A stretch of DNA of 64,000 bases from Fimbriosthenelais zetlandica (GCA_977030845.1 OZ365113.1:31434001-31498000), one strand, 5' to 3'; positions 24,581 to 37,400 are shown, counted from the first letter of the stretch. The notes: a model not told the origin generated them from the sequence alone. Translations and numbers: made by a program.

Positions 24581-27500
24581 GTATAGAGGGATATGAATTA
24601 TTATTATTATTGGTGTCTTCACTCACACACAATCACTCACAGATTCTACTACACACGGACGTGTGTACCATACAGGTCGTGGATCAGAATAATTGTAATT
24701 AAGGATGCTATGTGTATAGTTCATATATCAATTATCCAAAGGATTATCATGGAGGCTGCTTAAAAACAGCATAAAAACTTTCTAGGTTACGTATATATAA
24801 ATATATATATATATATAGTTGAATTGTATTTGTCACCGTGGTGTCACACGTTGACCTATGATTACTATACAGAGACAGTGAATGTTAAGATTATTGTGTA
24901 ATATAATGAGGTGTCAAGGAGCGTGTGATTGATTCCGTGTGCAGGCGGCATTGCCACTCAAGTCCTTTACTTACAAAGATATTATCATATTAGTGACTGA
25001 ACATGGGGTGCAAAACATGGGCATGCATCCTTTTTAAGCTTACAGGTCAAGTCCAATTCTTTTTGTTAAGGGACAGTTCAATCACAAACTGTGGTGTGTA
25101 TTCAGTATTAGCGAGGGTTTTCTTTTTGTTTCTTTCTGGGAGACCGCCATTATATATTTATTATTATTGAACCCTTTTAGATATAATACACCCACTGTAT
25201 GTATAGATAACTTGTGTGTTTTCTAAGCGAATGACTAGGAAATTAAGCGCTCTATCTTTGAAATCCTTAGAGGAGAGAGAAAGCACTAATATATGAAGCA
25301 CAATCTTTCCCTAATGAAGTGGGCAGAATATATTGTATAGAGTTAAATGAACTCCTCCCATAATAATTTATCCAAGAGGTCAGGTGGTGTCAACTTGTGA
25401 CCTTTTTAGTCATATGACACAATGGACCGGAAGCTGAATCCGAGGATGCTGGAAAGGCATGATGGGAGCATGGACTTGATAATGGGACAGAGCTTAAAGA
25501 GAGAAATCCACTTCCATATTTCTTATTATAGAATATGACAACAAATCAACATAGGGTACTGACCGATTGTGATAGGCCGCAACTATTTAGCTCCGGAATC
25601 TCCCATCTCGACTTTTCTTGATGGGGCGAATACAATCCAGAAGCATCAGTCGGTTTGACTGGAGCGCTAGGCAACAAATTTAATGTACTTAATTCATTTC
25701 TTTCCGTGAAAGTCCCGCATGTTGGTTGTTTTGAGTAAAATGAGACAGAGACTGTTCACTGCAGACCACATATATATCTAGCGAAACTATAATGTATCAA
25801 TGACTTTGTGAATAGGGAATTTTTTGAATATTAACTGTACTGTTCTGTAGGGTCAAATGCAACTGTGTATAAATTTTAAGGAAAATGAGTGGGCTTTTGT
25901 AGGGCCGAGGCGGCCGTTGTAGGCAGCAGATAGTTCATAATGTAGCATAGATTTGGCAAGCGCAACAAAGTAGTTAAGCAAATTCGGCGAGTAACTATGG
26001 CAAATGAGAAAAAAAAGAAGTTGGTTCTAAGAAAGCCTAGGGCCCTAGTACAGTGAATATGTTGCTCTGTCATAATAATACTATTGTGAATATATTCATT
26101 TTAAAACGTTTTTTCTAGCATCTTCAATTGAGCAAAAACAAATATCTTAAGGAAAAAACTTTACTACTGACTTCAGGTACATATTATTATAGAGTATTGA
26201 ATGCAATTGGTCCAGTTGGCTGCGTCTTTTACTATATATATATCATATAAATACCAATGTACATGTAATCTCTCAAATACCTCAGTGAATGGTGTGTGAG
26301 TGCTAGAATCTGTGGCCGTGGAAAAAAAACTTTGTTGGATTGTTTTTTTGTCAATGACTGATGATAAGTGACAAAAAATACGTAAGCTTTAATGAATGTG
26401 TGTGCTCTGATAGCGCACCATCAAACCAGTAACACAGGGTTTGTTATATGCCGTAGACTTTAATAATAATCAGAACTGCTTATTCTGATGGTCAAGAGAA
26501 CAGAACTATAAATACCCCTTACAATTTGTTGTCAGTCTGCTTGACTATTTTTCCTTAATCCTGTGAAAGCGCCCCTTTTCATTTTTCTCTATCAAATGAG
26601 AAAAGAGGAGGTAGCGCTGCGTTTGACCTTTCGTTTGTTGACTGTTGAGTGTGACTATAAGTCGGTGATAGTGTTAATTGGTGGTAAAGTTTTGCGTCTG
26701 TGTGCTACTTGCTCTGTACTTATATATAATCTGTCCCAAGTTTCCATAGTAAGCCCACAAAAAATTAAACAATATTTAAATCAATGGAACCTGACTAATG
26801 CAAGTACACAATAGTCACCCCTCAAATAGAACATCCTGAACCATATTTCACTTTATATTTTTGCCTGCTTGCACCTTATGTTTTTCAATAACTAAGAAAG
26901 TATTGCTCAGATGAATAATCATTTTAACTTGCTGAAAAAAGGTATCAATGATGTGTGCTAGAAGAGTTTTTATACGAGAGAAATTGCTGATTTTTTTTTG
27001 CCTAAAGTGCTTATTGGCTCCCTTTTGTGTGGTATAGTGTTGACGTTTCTGCCAGCATAGTTTTCTATCAAGTGCATTTGAAGGGTATATGGCTTCTTCT
27101 AAAGTTTTAGTTGTAGTCTGCACGCAGACTACATATATAAGAGAGATTGGTTTATACTTTTGTCATAGTGACATTTTTGCCCATTTGTTGCTGTATAAGT
27201 TCAGGATTTCGCTTAACTTGCTCGTTGCTCACCGCGCCGCTTCCTTTGCAATCAGAATTGTTTATTTGTGCTGTTTTGTATCTATATCATTGTATTGCGA
27301 AGCAATAATGTTATGTAGGCTTGTAATTATCTTTTTAATTAACTTAGTTGCAAGCCCTTTCTGGGATACATTATCAATAGCATGTACTGCTACTGATAGT
27401 TATGTATAATCATGAAGGTAAATTACTCCTTGGTTTGTGCTATTTGAATGCTATTTTAATTGATTATCAGTTGAGGCATATATATATATTGAGTTGTGAG

Positions 27501-29145
27501 TTGTGCTTAGTTGCTTAATGGGATTTTTACAATGGAGATTTTAAACCAAGTGCTCAATTTTGCTACCCCTAGCACCCCCATTGAATGCTTCCAGTATATG
27601 GGGAAAGATGAATGTAACACATTTCATAATGTGCAGGCTAACAAGTGCCATGCCTCGGAACCTCAGCCAAAGGAAAAAAGATATCACTTAGAACTTCTCC
27701 TATTTGATATAGTAAAAATAGACCACATCAATGCTCAGTCAATTCATCTGGGTATTATTAACTCTAGTTTATCATAATCATTATTTGTATGATAATAATA
27801 TATTATTATATTGTACTAACAGAATCCAATCTCAAATTAACATGTTATGTATAGTGAACCACAGACAATGAGATATGTGGAAAAGAAAATAAATGAATGC
27901 AATCCCTTGACTTTGATAGTAAGAAGGTTGCTTTAATATAGTAGATTTTCTATGCCTGTGCTGTGGGCCAAACGGTCGGGACTCGTGGCATAAAAGTGGG
28001 TCCAAGCTTTGGTTAATTTATACTCTGTTTTATTTTGCTGTATATATTGTATCTGTAGGTCTGTCCTCATGTTTCTGAGTCGTGTAACCCTCGGTTGATT
28101 CTCTAATCTCTAGTAAACCCCATTGATTGGACTGAGATAAATGGAGGGGTTGTGGAGATATATGACTACCTACAGATAGTAAATACATACAAGGCTAGAC
28201 CCTACACCAGATCAATCTTTTGTCATACTATGTTATATCCCATGTTCATATCTAGTTTTCTCCATGAGGAGAATGATCAGATAGGTTATTATTGTATGAT
28301 GATACAATTCAGGATTATGACTGTTATATTACATGCTATCCTCATTATTATGATTATATTATTATCATTATTATTATGGTTCGCTGTAATCATTATGTAA
28401 AACTGACTGAAAACACAAAAAAGCATAAATGCTAACTTGTATATCAACATTAAATGCATTCATCAGTGTACCTAGAGGTTTTTACTAATTTCTTCGGGTT
28501 TATATTATATTATAGATGAAACTATTTTTGACTGACCAAGCCCTATATGTTCCCAGGGACTATACCTCTTTTAGTTAAAAACGCATAAGAAAGGACCAGA
28601 ATGGACACTAGGATCACTTTTCAGTGGATCAGCTGGATCAAATTGAAATCCACCATTGAAACTTGTATATCTATATGTGTATCTATCTATGTATGTATAC
28701 CCGAAATCCATACGGTTTGACATCAAAATATTTTATATGCTATATACAACGTGTTTTTGTTAATATACCGCGATTATTCTCCCCAAAAATTGTTGTTTTA
28801 ACCGTTTTTAATATTGTATTCATTAGAGAAAATCCACTGCGGGACTAAGACCAATTGTTTAGTCGTGTTAGTGTCCATTCTGAACCGAAAAGAATCATGA
28901 TGAAGGGTGCAATTTTAGCGTGTTGTTAATGTTCAGTTCTAAACTGGCCCTATCTACCCCCGTTTTATCTCAAATCCCCTTATTGCACGATATAAAAGGC
29001 AACAGTGACTCCCCCAATCCTATCATAGATGAAAATGCTCTCTGTGTAACCGGCTATTTTGGTCCTATTTTGGTATCGTTTAAGTCGAAACTATAGGTTT
29101 TCATACAAAGTACAATGATGTAGTTTGCTTTTCGCTCTTAATAAA
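24581..29145 (+). other. Probable long AT-rich Zfhx 3' UTR; 3' end uncertain
   Basis: No coding potential after the stop; U-rich composition; candidate AATAAA signals at 27888-27893 and 29140-29145. Confidence 0.4.
28597..28882. mobile_element. MITE-like element, 286 bp, with 14-bp perfect terminal inverted repeats
   Basis: CAGAATGGACACTA (28597-28610) and TAGTGTCCATTCTG (28869-28882), plus an internal inverted pair CAGTGGAT/ATCCACTG. No target-site duplication recognised. Confidence 0.5.
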
Positions 29146-29219
29146 ATATTATAAATGAATATTATTGTGTCTGTTGATTGATGTAAGTGATATAATTATT
29201 ATCGTACGTTATTTATCTT

Positions 29220-29375
29220 AAGAATACTAATCTGGGGTTAATCATTAGGCCTAGGCCTAGCCTGCCTAAGAATACTAATATCATTAGGCCTAGGCCTAGG
29301 CCTAGGCCTAGGCCTGGCCTGCCTAAAAATACTAATCTGAGGCTAATTGGGGTTAATCATTAGGCCTAGCCTGCA
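29220..29375. repeat. Compound tandem repeat: (TAGGCC)n arrays alternating with AAGAATACTAAT/GGGGTTAATCAT blocks
   Basis: Three related blocks; the longest has five consecutive TAGGCC units. Confidence 0.85.
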
Positions 29376-30004
29376 TGCATAGATCTAGGACTATTGCGAG
29401 ACGGAGTCACCGTGCCAGTGCATGAGGCTATTATAATACCACTCGCTAGGAGGCAAGGCTTGTCGAACAGGCTGTTGTAGTGTGACAGTGAGCTGCTCTC
29501 AATAGCTCATAATGATGCAGCTGGCCTACGCCAGATGGCATCAAAAGCAAATTTCATATTTCACATTAATGATGCTGCAATAAGCCACTTGGTGTCAGCA
29601 CTGGGCATGGATGGGGCATTGATCATATATGACTAGGCTACCGCCCCTATACAGGGTGGCAATTATATATATATAGGAACTAAAGGATTTAGGTTTATCA
29701 GAACCTGAAGTGACTTACGAAGTGACTTACGAGGTGCCACCAAATTACCACAAATGATGATTGTTGAAATTACCACAAATGACTTACCGTACGAGGTTTT
29801 ATTACATTACTCCCAGTCTAAGCATATTTCCAACGTTCCCACTGGGGTTTTCGCTATATATGACAATACACCACACTAAGTAACACATTATTATGATGTC
29901 ATTGGAAAAAGAAACATATTTTTGGAGAGATAAAAGGTGACTTACCCGGTTTTATCCGAATATCGACGAATGCAGCGAGCCTCGAGGTATTCATCTCAGT
30001 AACG

Positions 30005-30438
30005 CCACCACTGGAATAAACGGAAACTAACGGGAGTTGGTGAAAGATGTAACCGGGTTGTAGCCGGTCACCCGTTACAACGGACCAAGATGGCTGCCGA
30101 TAAGCCAGCGCCACTGAAGTGAGCCGAGATATGCAGCGGCCAAAAGGTGAACTACATTGCTATGAACATTCCAGCACGCCACCACCGGAATAAACGGAAA
30201 CTAACGGTCACCCGTTACAACGGACCAAGATGGCTGCCGATAAGCCAGCGCTACTGAGGTGAGCCGAGATATGCAGCGGCCAAAAGGTGAACTACACTGC
30301 TATGAACATTCCAGCACGCTACCACCGGAAGAAACGGAAACTAACGGGACTTGGTGAAAGTTGTAAACGGGTTGTAGCCGGCCACCCGTTACAACGGGCC
30401 AAGATGGCTTCCAATAACGCCAACACATGTCTGTGAGT
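30005..30438 (+). repeat. Tandem triplication (units of 174, 140 and about 120 bp) of a promoter/first-exon-like sequence
   Basis: Units start at 30005, 30179 and 30319; unit 2 lacks about 34 bp. Each unit has CGGAAA, then CAAGATGGC, then GTGAG 29 nt after the A of the ATG. Confidence 0.85.
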
Positions 30439-31607
30439 ACCTGAGACGGCGAATGATTTGCGGAAACTTAAAGATAGCCTACACTAGATGGAACCTTTTG
30501 TATGAAAACATACATGCATGTAAGTAATAATCGGTGAATGATTAATATTGCGTATCAAGTTCTATGGTAATTCTCATTTATCGTCCAGGCCGCTTTGATC
30601 TGGACGGCCCCTTGGCAGCTTTAAAAACAAACAAAAAACACAACTAAATTGAACACAAATTTATTTAGAATTATCATCATTTGGGGAGAAATAAAAAGTG
30701 TCATGTACCAATATCTCTACTAGACAGAACTAGGATTAAAAATGATTTACCGAATGATACAGGAATCCCAGGTGTTTACATGCACTCTGGAGGCGAGCAA
30801 AAGGAACCCAGCACATGTTTACCTGCGATCATCTTATATGTTATACTCACATGAACTGTCTATATGCGTTTACTCTATCCCTGACATGATGCATGATGTA
30901 GCATGGATTGTTTATATTCCAAACCTGGCCTTTTCCTACATGTTAGTCGCCTTGGGAGATCTCCCCCTTAGCTTGTCACTCTCTCAGATTGATTGATTGC
31001 TGTCTACTTTGGTTATGCAAAGGATCTCGGGGGATCAGGTTCTGTAGGCCTATAGGCGGAAAAAGGACCCAACTAAAAATAGTGAAAAGATATATATGGC
31101 CATTTCCAGATCACATATATGATGAGTCACCCGAGAATATTTTTTCCATTGATATAGGCTAACAAAGCTCTCGATTTAGCATATTCAGAAAACAAATGTT
31201 CAAAGTATATTTGTATTTCATTTTGGCAGTAAAATAATGTCAATACTAAAAAAGTTATATCAGTTCAGACCAATTTCCATACAGTTTAATTCATGTTAAT
31301 ATCATTTATTTTTACAATCAAATTATCAAAGTAGGGCCTACTTATCCTTAAGGCTTACATGTAGGCCTATAGGTCTAATGTGTGTTTAAGCCTATTAAAA
31401 AAGGGATATCATAATCCAATAGAGTTAGATCTCTTTCAATTAGGATTAGGCCCAATATATGCCTTGACATATTAGGCTTTATTAATTTACCCATTTCCCT
31501 CTTTTTGAGATTAATAATACGATTACCCAAACAGGACCAAACATTTGCCTCTGTCTCCTGTCCCTCATCTCATCCATGCATGTCCCACCCAGGAGGCGCA
31601 TACACTA

Positions 31608-31623
31608 TACGCCCCCTAGTGGC
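31608..31623 (-). promoter_or_regulatory. CTCF-like motif (CGCCACTAGGGGGCG on the - strand)
   Basis: Full match to the CCASYAGRKGGCR consensus; lies between the convergent Zfhx and FoxQ1 3' ends. Confidence 0.5.
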
Positions 31624-32869
31624 GCCACCCTCGTCCTTACATTCAAGCACTTCTTCCCTCAGTATCAAATTCGTGTACTCCCCGGCTCCGTCCCCACTCC
31701 CAACCCCGACCGCTATGAATTTTTATGAATTGAAACTTTACACACACACTCCCCGTTTTCAAATAAGAATCTGAATGGTGGCCAAACAAGGCTGGGAGTA
31801 AAGTTTATTAGCTCTGATATAGGCCGCCCTGTTTGACAGGCGAGTTCTTTCTTCCTGTGGGGGCAAGGGGAGGATTTCGTGGTCGCAATGTTAAATAGGT
31901 ATGATAAAGGTAAATGGATTGACCTGAACCCTAAGGACACCTAACACTTGCAATGAGTGGTGTCAATGTTGTGTGTCTGCTGGATGAACAGCCTTCTCAC
32001 AGAGTTTAGCCAGTTCTAGCACGTGTTGAGCTTGCCACTTATGGTAACCAACTGGCGACGTCAAGTCCTTCTCCCCTCTTGCGTACCAGAACTTCAACTT
32101 AGAAATAAAAGCCCTCAGAAATGCCTCTAAGTTTCTATAGAATATAATATCGACGTCCTATATTGTATATGAGCGCAATTCTCATCAATTTCATAATTTC
32201 AGATGGTGATTTTGAAGACTATTAGTACCAAGATGTGAGACGAAAGATCACCCTGTAAAATGTGATACCAAGGTAAGCAAGTATTTTGTAGGCCTATACT
32301 TCTTTATCAGTATCATCACTAGATTTCGAGATATCATTTGCTTCATAAGGTTTTATTTCAATTAAACATAATATATTGATCCCTCATATCACATGCAGAT
32401 GCTTAGAAAAGCAGAAAATATATGTAGGAACATCTTTCTCGTCGCATATGATATTTTAGCATGGTAATACATAAGTACTATTTATTTTTAATACGATAAG
32501 ATAACACACCACACACTCAATTGTCAAGTATAGATCAATTATCGCAATGATATCACCAAAAATAATGATGTGGAAGCATTATACGAAATATCCTTTTAAT
32601 AACGTGATATGATACGGAATATAAACGTATGTATAACAACATTTATCGATATATATATGAAAGGTATTATTGTCTAGGAAACACTTTGAAAGGGCACATA
32701 CAACGATATGAAAATATACATAATTTGGGTAATATCACATTAATTTATTATGGGACAAATGCGTCCATATAAAAAATGCAATATACACAATGATATTGGA
32801 AATGCTTTAGCGTCCTAAATCTTTTAATAGCCTCCTGATGCGTTTTGATATCTACATTTTACTTAGGGC

Positions 32870-34405
32870 CTACTTATTTGAGCACAAACAGTTTTTATTA
32901 AGACACGGTGCAGCACTGGGTTCGGCGGCTGACACACCTCTTGGTAAAGGAACAATGGGTTGATTGAGCCGATAAGGTGGTAATGAATGGATGGTTAGCT
33001 TAGGCATCAGTCCCCAAAATGGATGCACTGTCCTGTACCCTGATGGGAAGAGCAGAGGTCCTGGATAGGGTGGAATAGGCATTCCATAATGATAGTATGG
33101 AGTCAGAGAGGCGTTCATATGGTGCTTGTGCTCCACCATCCTTGAGTCAAGGCTCCTGGGTGAGCTCATTGCTTCCTCTCCCTCCCTCTCCTCTTGTTCA
33201 TCCTCTTCCTCCATGGTCCGTCGACCCAGCAGATTATCTATAGTAAAGCTACTGGAGAATCTCTGTCTGGATTTCTCCTCTCTGCGCCTGGTGTTGTGCG
33301 GTGGACGCGCGGAGTGTGGGAAGTGATGGGGATGAGGTGGGAAGGGCATTAGTCCATGCTGGAGGTCATGGTGAGGATGATGGTGATGGTGACCTTCAGA
33401 AAGCCCACCTGGAGGAAGGACATCTCTGTTATTAACAGAGACACCGGTAGCAGAAGATCTGCGGACGGACCTCCTCCTGCGCCGGCGAAACGACCCATCT
33501 AGGAACATGTACTCTGAATGTGGATTGATAGTCCAGTAGTTGTCCTTCCCCCAAGGCCGGGCGGGATCTCTGAGCACCTTCACAAAGCATTCATTCAGTG
33601 AGAGATTGTGGCGGACGGAGTTGCGCCAGCCCGTGTAAGGGCCTCGGAAGAAGGCCCAGCGGGCGCGCAGGTAGTCGTTGATCTGCGCTAGAGTCACACG
33701 ACCTGTCGGTGAATCGCGGATCGCCATGGCAATAAGTGTGATGTAAGAATGAGGCGGTTTATTATGGCGCTGGTAATTCCGCCCACGCCCACTTGAACTG
33801 ACCACTCCGTTGTGGTCAGTTGAAGCCTTGGGGGAGACATCATTGGGTGTGTCCATCTGAACCCCATCTTTCCCCTGGGATGATTCTCCCCCACCATCCC
33901 CGAGTCCCTCGTCCGCATAATCCTTGTAGCTCCCATATTCTCCATCTTTTCTCTCCGGTTCTTCATGTCCATTCCTATCCCCGCCTTCTGCAATCTTTAC
34001 TTCCATTTCATCCTCGTCAGATAATGAATCTACATCCACCACATCCAGGTATCTCTGGTGCAGATCCATGGACATTTTTCTTGAAAGTTCTGGGCTTATT
34101 TCTTCCATCTCGCAGTAATTCTGACATGGTCTACCAATGCGTTTTTCTTGGTGCTCTTTATTTATTAAAGATTGGTCACGAATTTGATCGGGACATTTTT
34201 TGCCTGTGGTCGAAGGATAAAGTTTACTCGGACTTCTTACCCTGTAATTGGTAGTGTGGTGGGAGTTGCTCCCGTGGTAGGACTGGGGTGGATGCATTCT
34301 ATGTATCATCTTGTCCATTGAAGGATCCATGATTGGTCTGAAGGGAGGCTGGTGTGTAAATGGTAGGTGTGGATCCTCGGATTTCAGTCTTAGATCTAGG
34401 CCCAT
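32870..34405 (-). CDS. FoxQ1: Forkhead box protein Q1 (intronless, 511 aa)
   Basis: Forkhead domain (about 33470-33765) [17 protein letters not shown]...[40 protein letters not shown]...[16 protein letters not shown]. The [15 protein letters not shown] and RGxYTGWRNS segments are characteristic of FoxQ1. A C-terminal EH1-like motif FTIDNLL lies at 33227-33247. Which ATG is used is uncertain. Confidence 0.9.
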   Translation of the reverse strand: MGLDLRLKSEDPHLPFTHQPPFRPIMDPSMDKMIHRMHPPQSYHGSNSHHTTNYRVRSPSKLYPSTTGKKCPDQIRDQSLINKEHQEKRIGRPCQNYCEMEEISPELSRKMSMDLHQRYLDVVDVDSLSDEDEMEVKIAEGGDRNGHEEPERKDGEYGSYKDYADEGLGDGGGESSQGKDGVQMDTPNDVSPKASTDHNGVVSSSGRGRNYQRHNKPPHSYITLIAMAIRDSPTGRVTLAQINDYLRARWAFFRGPYTGWRNSVRHNLSLNECFVKVLRDPARPWGKDNYWTINPHSEYMFLDGSFRRRRRRSVRRSSATGVSVNNRDVLPPGGLSEGHHHHHPHHDLQHGLMPFPPHPHHFPHSARPPHNTRRREEKSRQRFSSSFTIDNLLGRRTMEEEDEQEEREGEEAMSSPRSLDSRMVEHKHHMNASLTPYYHYGMPIPPYPGPLLFPSGYRTVHPFWGLMPKLTIHSLPPYRLNQPIVPLPRGVSAAEPSAAPCLNKNCLCSNK

Positions 34406-37400
34406 TATGGGAGAACAATGAATTAGTCAATCACAATGCCTCTCTATAATGTCCGCCAGATATCAACTTCCATGTATCAATATATCCATGTATCAAAATT
34501 TCACAGACTCTCTTCAGTTCTTTCAGCGGATCAAAGGGACTCACTGGGGTGGGAAATTTCCTAATTCCTCTAAGTTAATATAACTTCCTCGATTCCTAAG
34601 ATTATTCAAAGTGTTTCACTGGGAATCCCTCTCTGAGCTGCTCATTGGATATACTCAGTTACTCTTGCATGGTGGTACTGTCTGATGTTGGATCGTTAAG
34701 ACCACTGTAATAACCCTCGTGAAGGGCATCAAAAATATCACTGATGCTCAACCAGGGGGTCTTTAATACCTCATACCCCCTGGCGTCCGATGAAAGCTTG
34801 TCCCTCTCTGCTGAATGTCCACCGGGACACAAAATGTATAATTTAAATGGAACTTAAATGAAAATATCCGTGTTCCAAAATTTAACGAGCCACTTGAAAT
34901 CCAATGCATATCTTATGAATTAATGCCGTAAAGTTACTACTTGTAAAGGACTAGCGCAAAAGGCACAAACTTGATTGGGACACCCAAAGCAGAGGTACCA
35001 TTATTTACATGAGACCAATCCATGTTGGGGCAGAGAGCATTAAGTCAATAGGAGCTTCTGTCATTCACTTCACCCCCCCCCCCCCCACCCCTTATCCCGG
35101 CTTAGATGACATGTTTACCTGCCAAAGCCTTGTCTCCGCTAAGACACAGTTATGTACACAGCATCATAAATTACTTTTTTATTATGCTTTTTAATTCTCG
35201 GATTTTACATAATTAAACGTATTGAAAATATCTTTTTTTTTTGTAGTATCATTATTGGAAACTATTTTGTAAATGTTCCTCTGGTGAAGGTGAATACACT
35301 TTTTGGGGGAAAGAAATTAATTTATTATTAGACCATCCTTATTCATCCTAATTTGTTGTCATTAAAAATGATTTCGGGTCATCCTCTTTTTATTCTGAAT
35401 TGATTTGTTTAAAGAAAGTGATATGTTAAAATTATGGTCAGATCTGTGAGGAAATCGCCTATAAAATATTCATTAATTCCAATATAAATTTTCCTCTACT
35501 AAGGGTTTTCAATAATGACCAATTATACGAAACATCTTGAGAGGCACGAGGCCCAAATCACATCAGTGACTATTATCCCATTAGCAACAGTAGAGCGGAC
35601 GCGTGACTGGATGGCATTATGAGCATTTAAATGAGCATTAAGGTGTTCATCTTTTGAGTAATCACTCATCATGCTATCAGAGCTTGCCCCGTAACTCTGG
35701 CTATATGATCCCTCATAATCCATATAACCACATTATCATGGCCATCAGCGCCGTGAGGCTCATTCCTGATGAGCTTTTTCTCCACTTGTTAAATTGAAAG
35801 AAAAGATTATTTAACCATGAATAATTCGTTTTTGTGCAGTCAGTTTTGCAGCATCAAAACTTTTTGAGGTAATTTCTCCGTGGTCCATCAATCAGGAAAA
35901 GTTATTTCCTTAGTCCCCCAAAATTATACACATATGCTTCAAAGGAATGATTATAATTTCTATAGAAATTCATTGACATTTCTAACTATTTATCAATTGG
36001 TTGGAAATACTAGGAACCAAGCTACAAGTAATGGAAATTTTATGGAGATTTTGTTATGGGGCTCCGCAGCCTAGCTCATAGGAAATCCACTTGAGAAGTC
36101 CTCAGTCAGCAAAGGACGGGATCACAGGGTGCACTTGTATACAGTGAGAGGCGGATGAAGAAGGTTTGTTGTCATGCTAGAACATGTATCCCTATCTTTA
36201 GCCAAGGGTATTTGCATTAAAACTTTACATATTTCCGCCACATCTGTATTGACTTCACAACAAGCTTAGGGGCATTAGGCATCCGGTCGATGAAACTACA
36301 ATTTCTTGAACCGCATCCCTTTTCTGTTTAAACATAATTAAGTTAAAAAAAAAATTCAGAAGCGCGGGGGAAAACAACCCTTTATTTTTTGGGGGGGTTT
36401 TCTTCTGGTAGTGAAATTCTCAACATGTTCTTGGGATGTAAGCATGGAATATAAATAGTTGGTGTGAGTTTAATTTTAGCCTCAGACTTTAAACTTTTCC
36501 CTCCTGTATCTAAACTCCCGAGTGTTGACCTTGACTTGTTATGCGCGGCGCGGAAAAACCCGAGGAGGAGCGCGCCCGAATACAAAACAAGGAGGAGAAG
36601 CGGTCAATAGAAAATAGTCTCATGTTTCTGTCTGCACAGGATTATAGGATTCAGTCGTTGATGGCGCCAGAGGATGCTCAGATAAGGCGGCTTAAGGTCG
36701 GGATACATGGGAGGGAAAAAATGGCCGGCGTTTGTTACAAAGTTTGGAGATGGCGATCCCAGAAGGCGGAGGAGATTAGAGGTATATGAGCGCGCCTTAA
36801 TCTGCCAGGTGCTGCTTTCACTTCTTTATATATGCATTGCTTGTTTTATGGCGTTTTAAAACTTAAATAGCTCTTTAAAAACTATGGTTTCAACGAAGGG
36901 ACTGTGCAAATATAGAATATATTAAAATTCAACCGCTTTTACTATCATGAAAAAATGCCCGAAACAGCAATCAAAAAGAGAAGGGTACTTTCAAATTGGC
37001 ACTCCACCCATGCAGAGTCAAGGGGGAAACATTGTTTTGGAGCACAATCAAAGAATATGATAAGCTTTTTTCACATTACATGTGATAAGAATCTCACATG
37101 CGTTTCAATTACTCACATGGACCAGTGAAAATAGTGCGCGTCCCTATATAATATTCCTTCAAAGCCTGGGCTATAGCGATCCTCCTCAACCTGCCCCACC
37201 CACCCTCAACTATTATCAAAATCTGGATCTCAAATATGGCGCTCTCATGATGTGTACATATACCATATATACATATTGTCCATACAATATATCTCCGTCT
37301 CTGATGAAGTTTACCCCAAGTTCTAGAAAAATAATCGTTCTCAAGTATAATCATGATGGATTACGTCTCACTGCGGTCGCCAGATTTACCAGCTCGCAAA

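Noticed and set aside
16667-24622. Numerous short antisense or alternate-frame ORFs over Zfhx (likewise over FoxQ1 and TRIM)
   Set aside because: Expected shadows of long coding exons.
29390-29640. Degraded coding remnant (about 80 codons with one internal stop on the + strand)
   Set aside because: No recognisable similarity and too short to support without a search.
30005-30438. CRISPR-like or coding repeat array
   Set aside because: The units are 140-174 bp near-identical blocks without spacers in a eukaryotic genome, and the frames contain stops.
32870-34405. Alternative assignments (FoxH, FoxL, FoxF, FoxQ2)
   Set aside because: The wing-region signature [13 protein letters not shown] and the helix residues match FoxQ1.
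35523-35723. 66-aa - strand ORF as an upstream FoxQ1 coding exon
   Set aside because: No convincing donor/acceptor pair links it in frame, and no homology was recognised.
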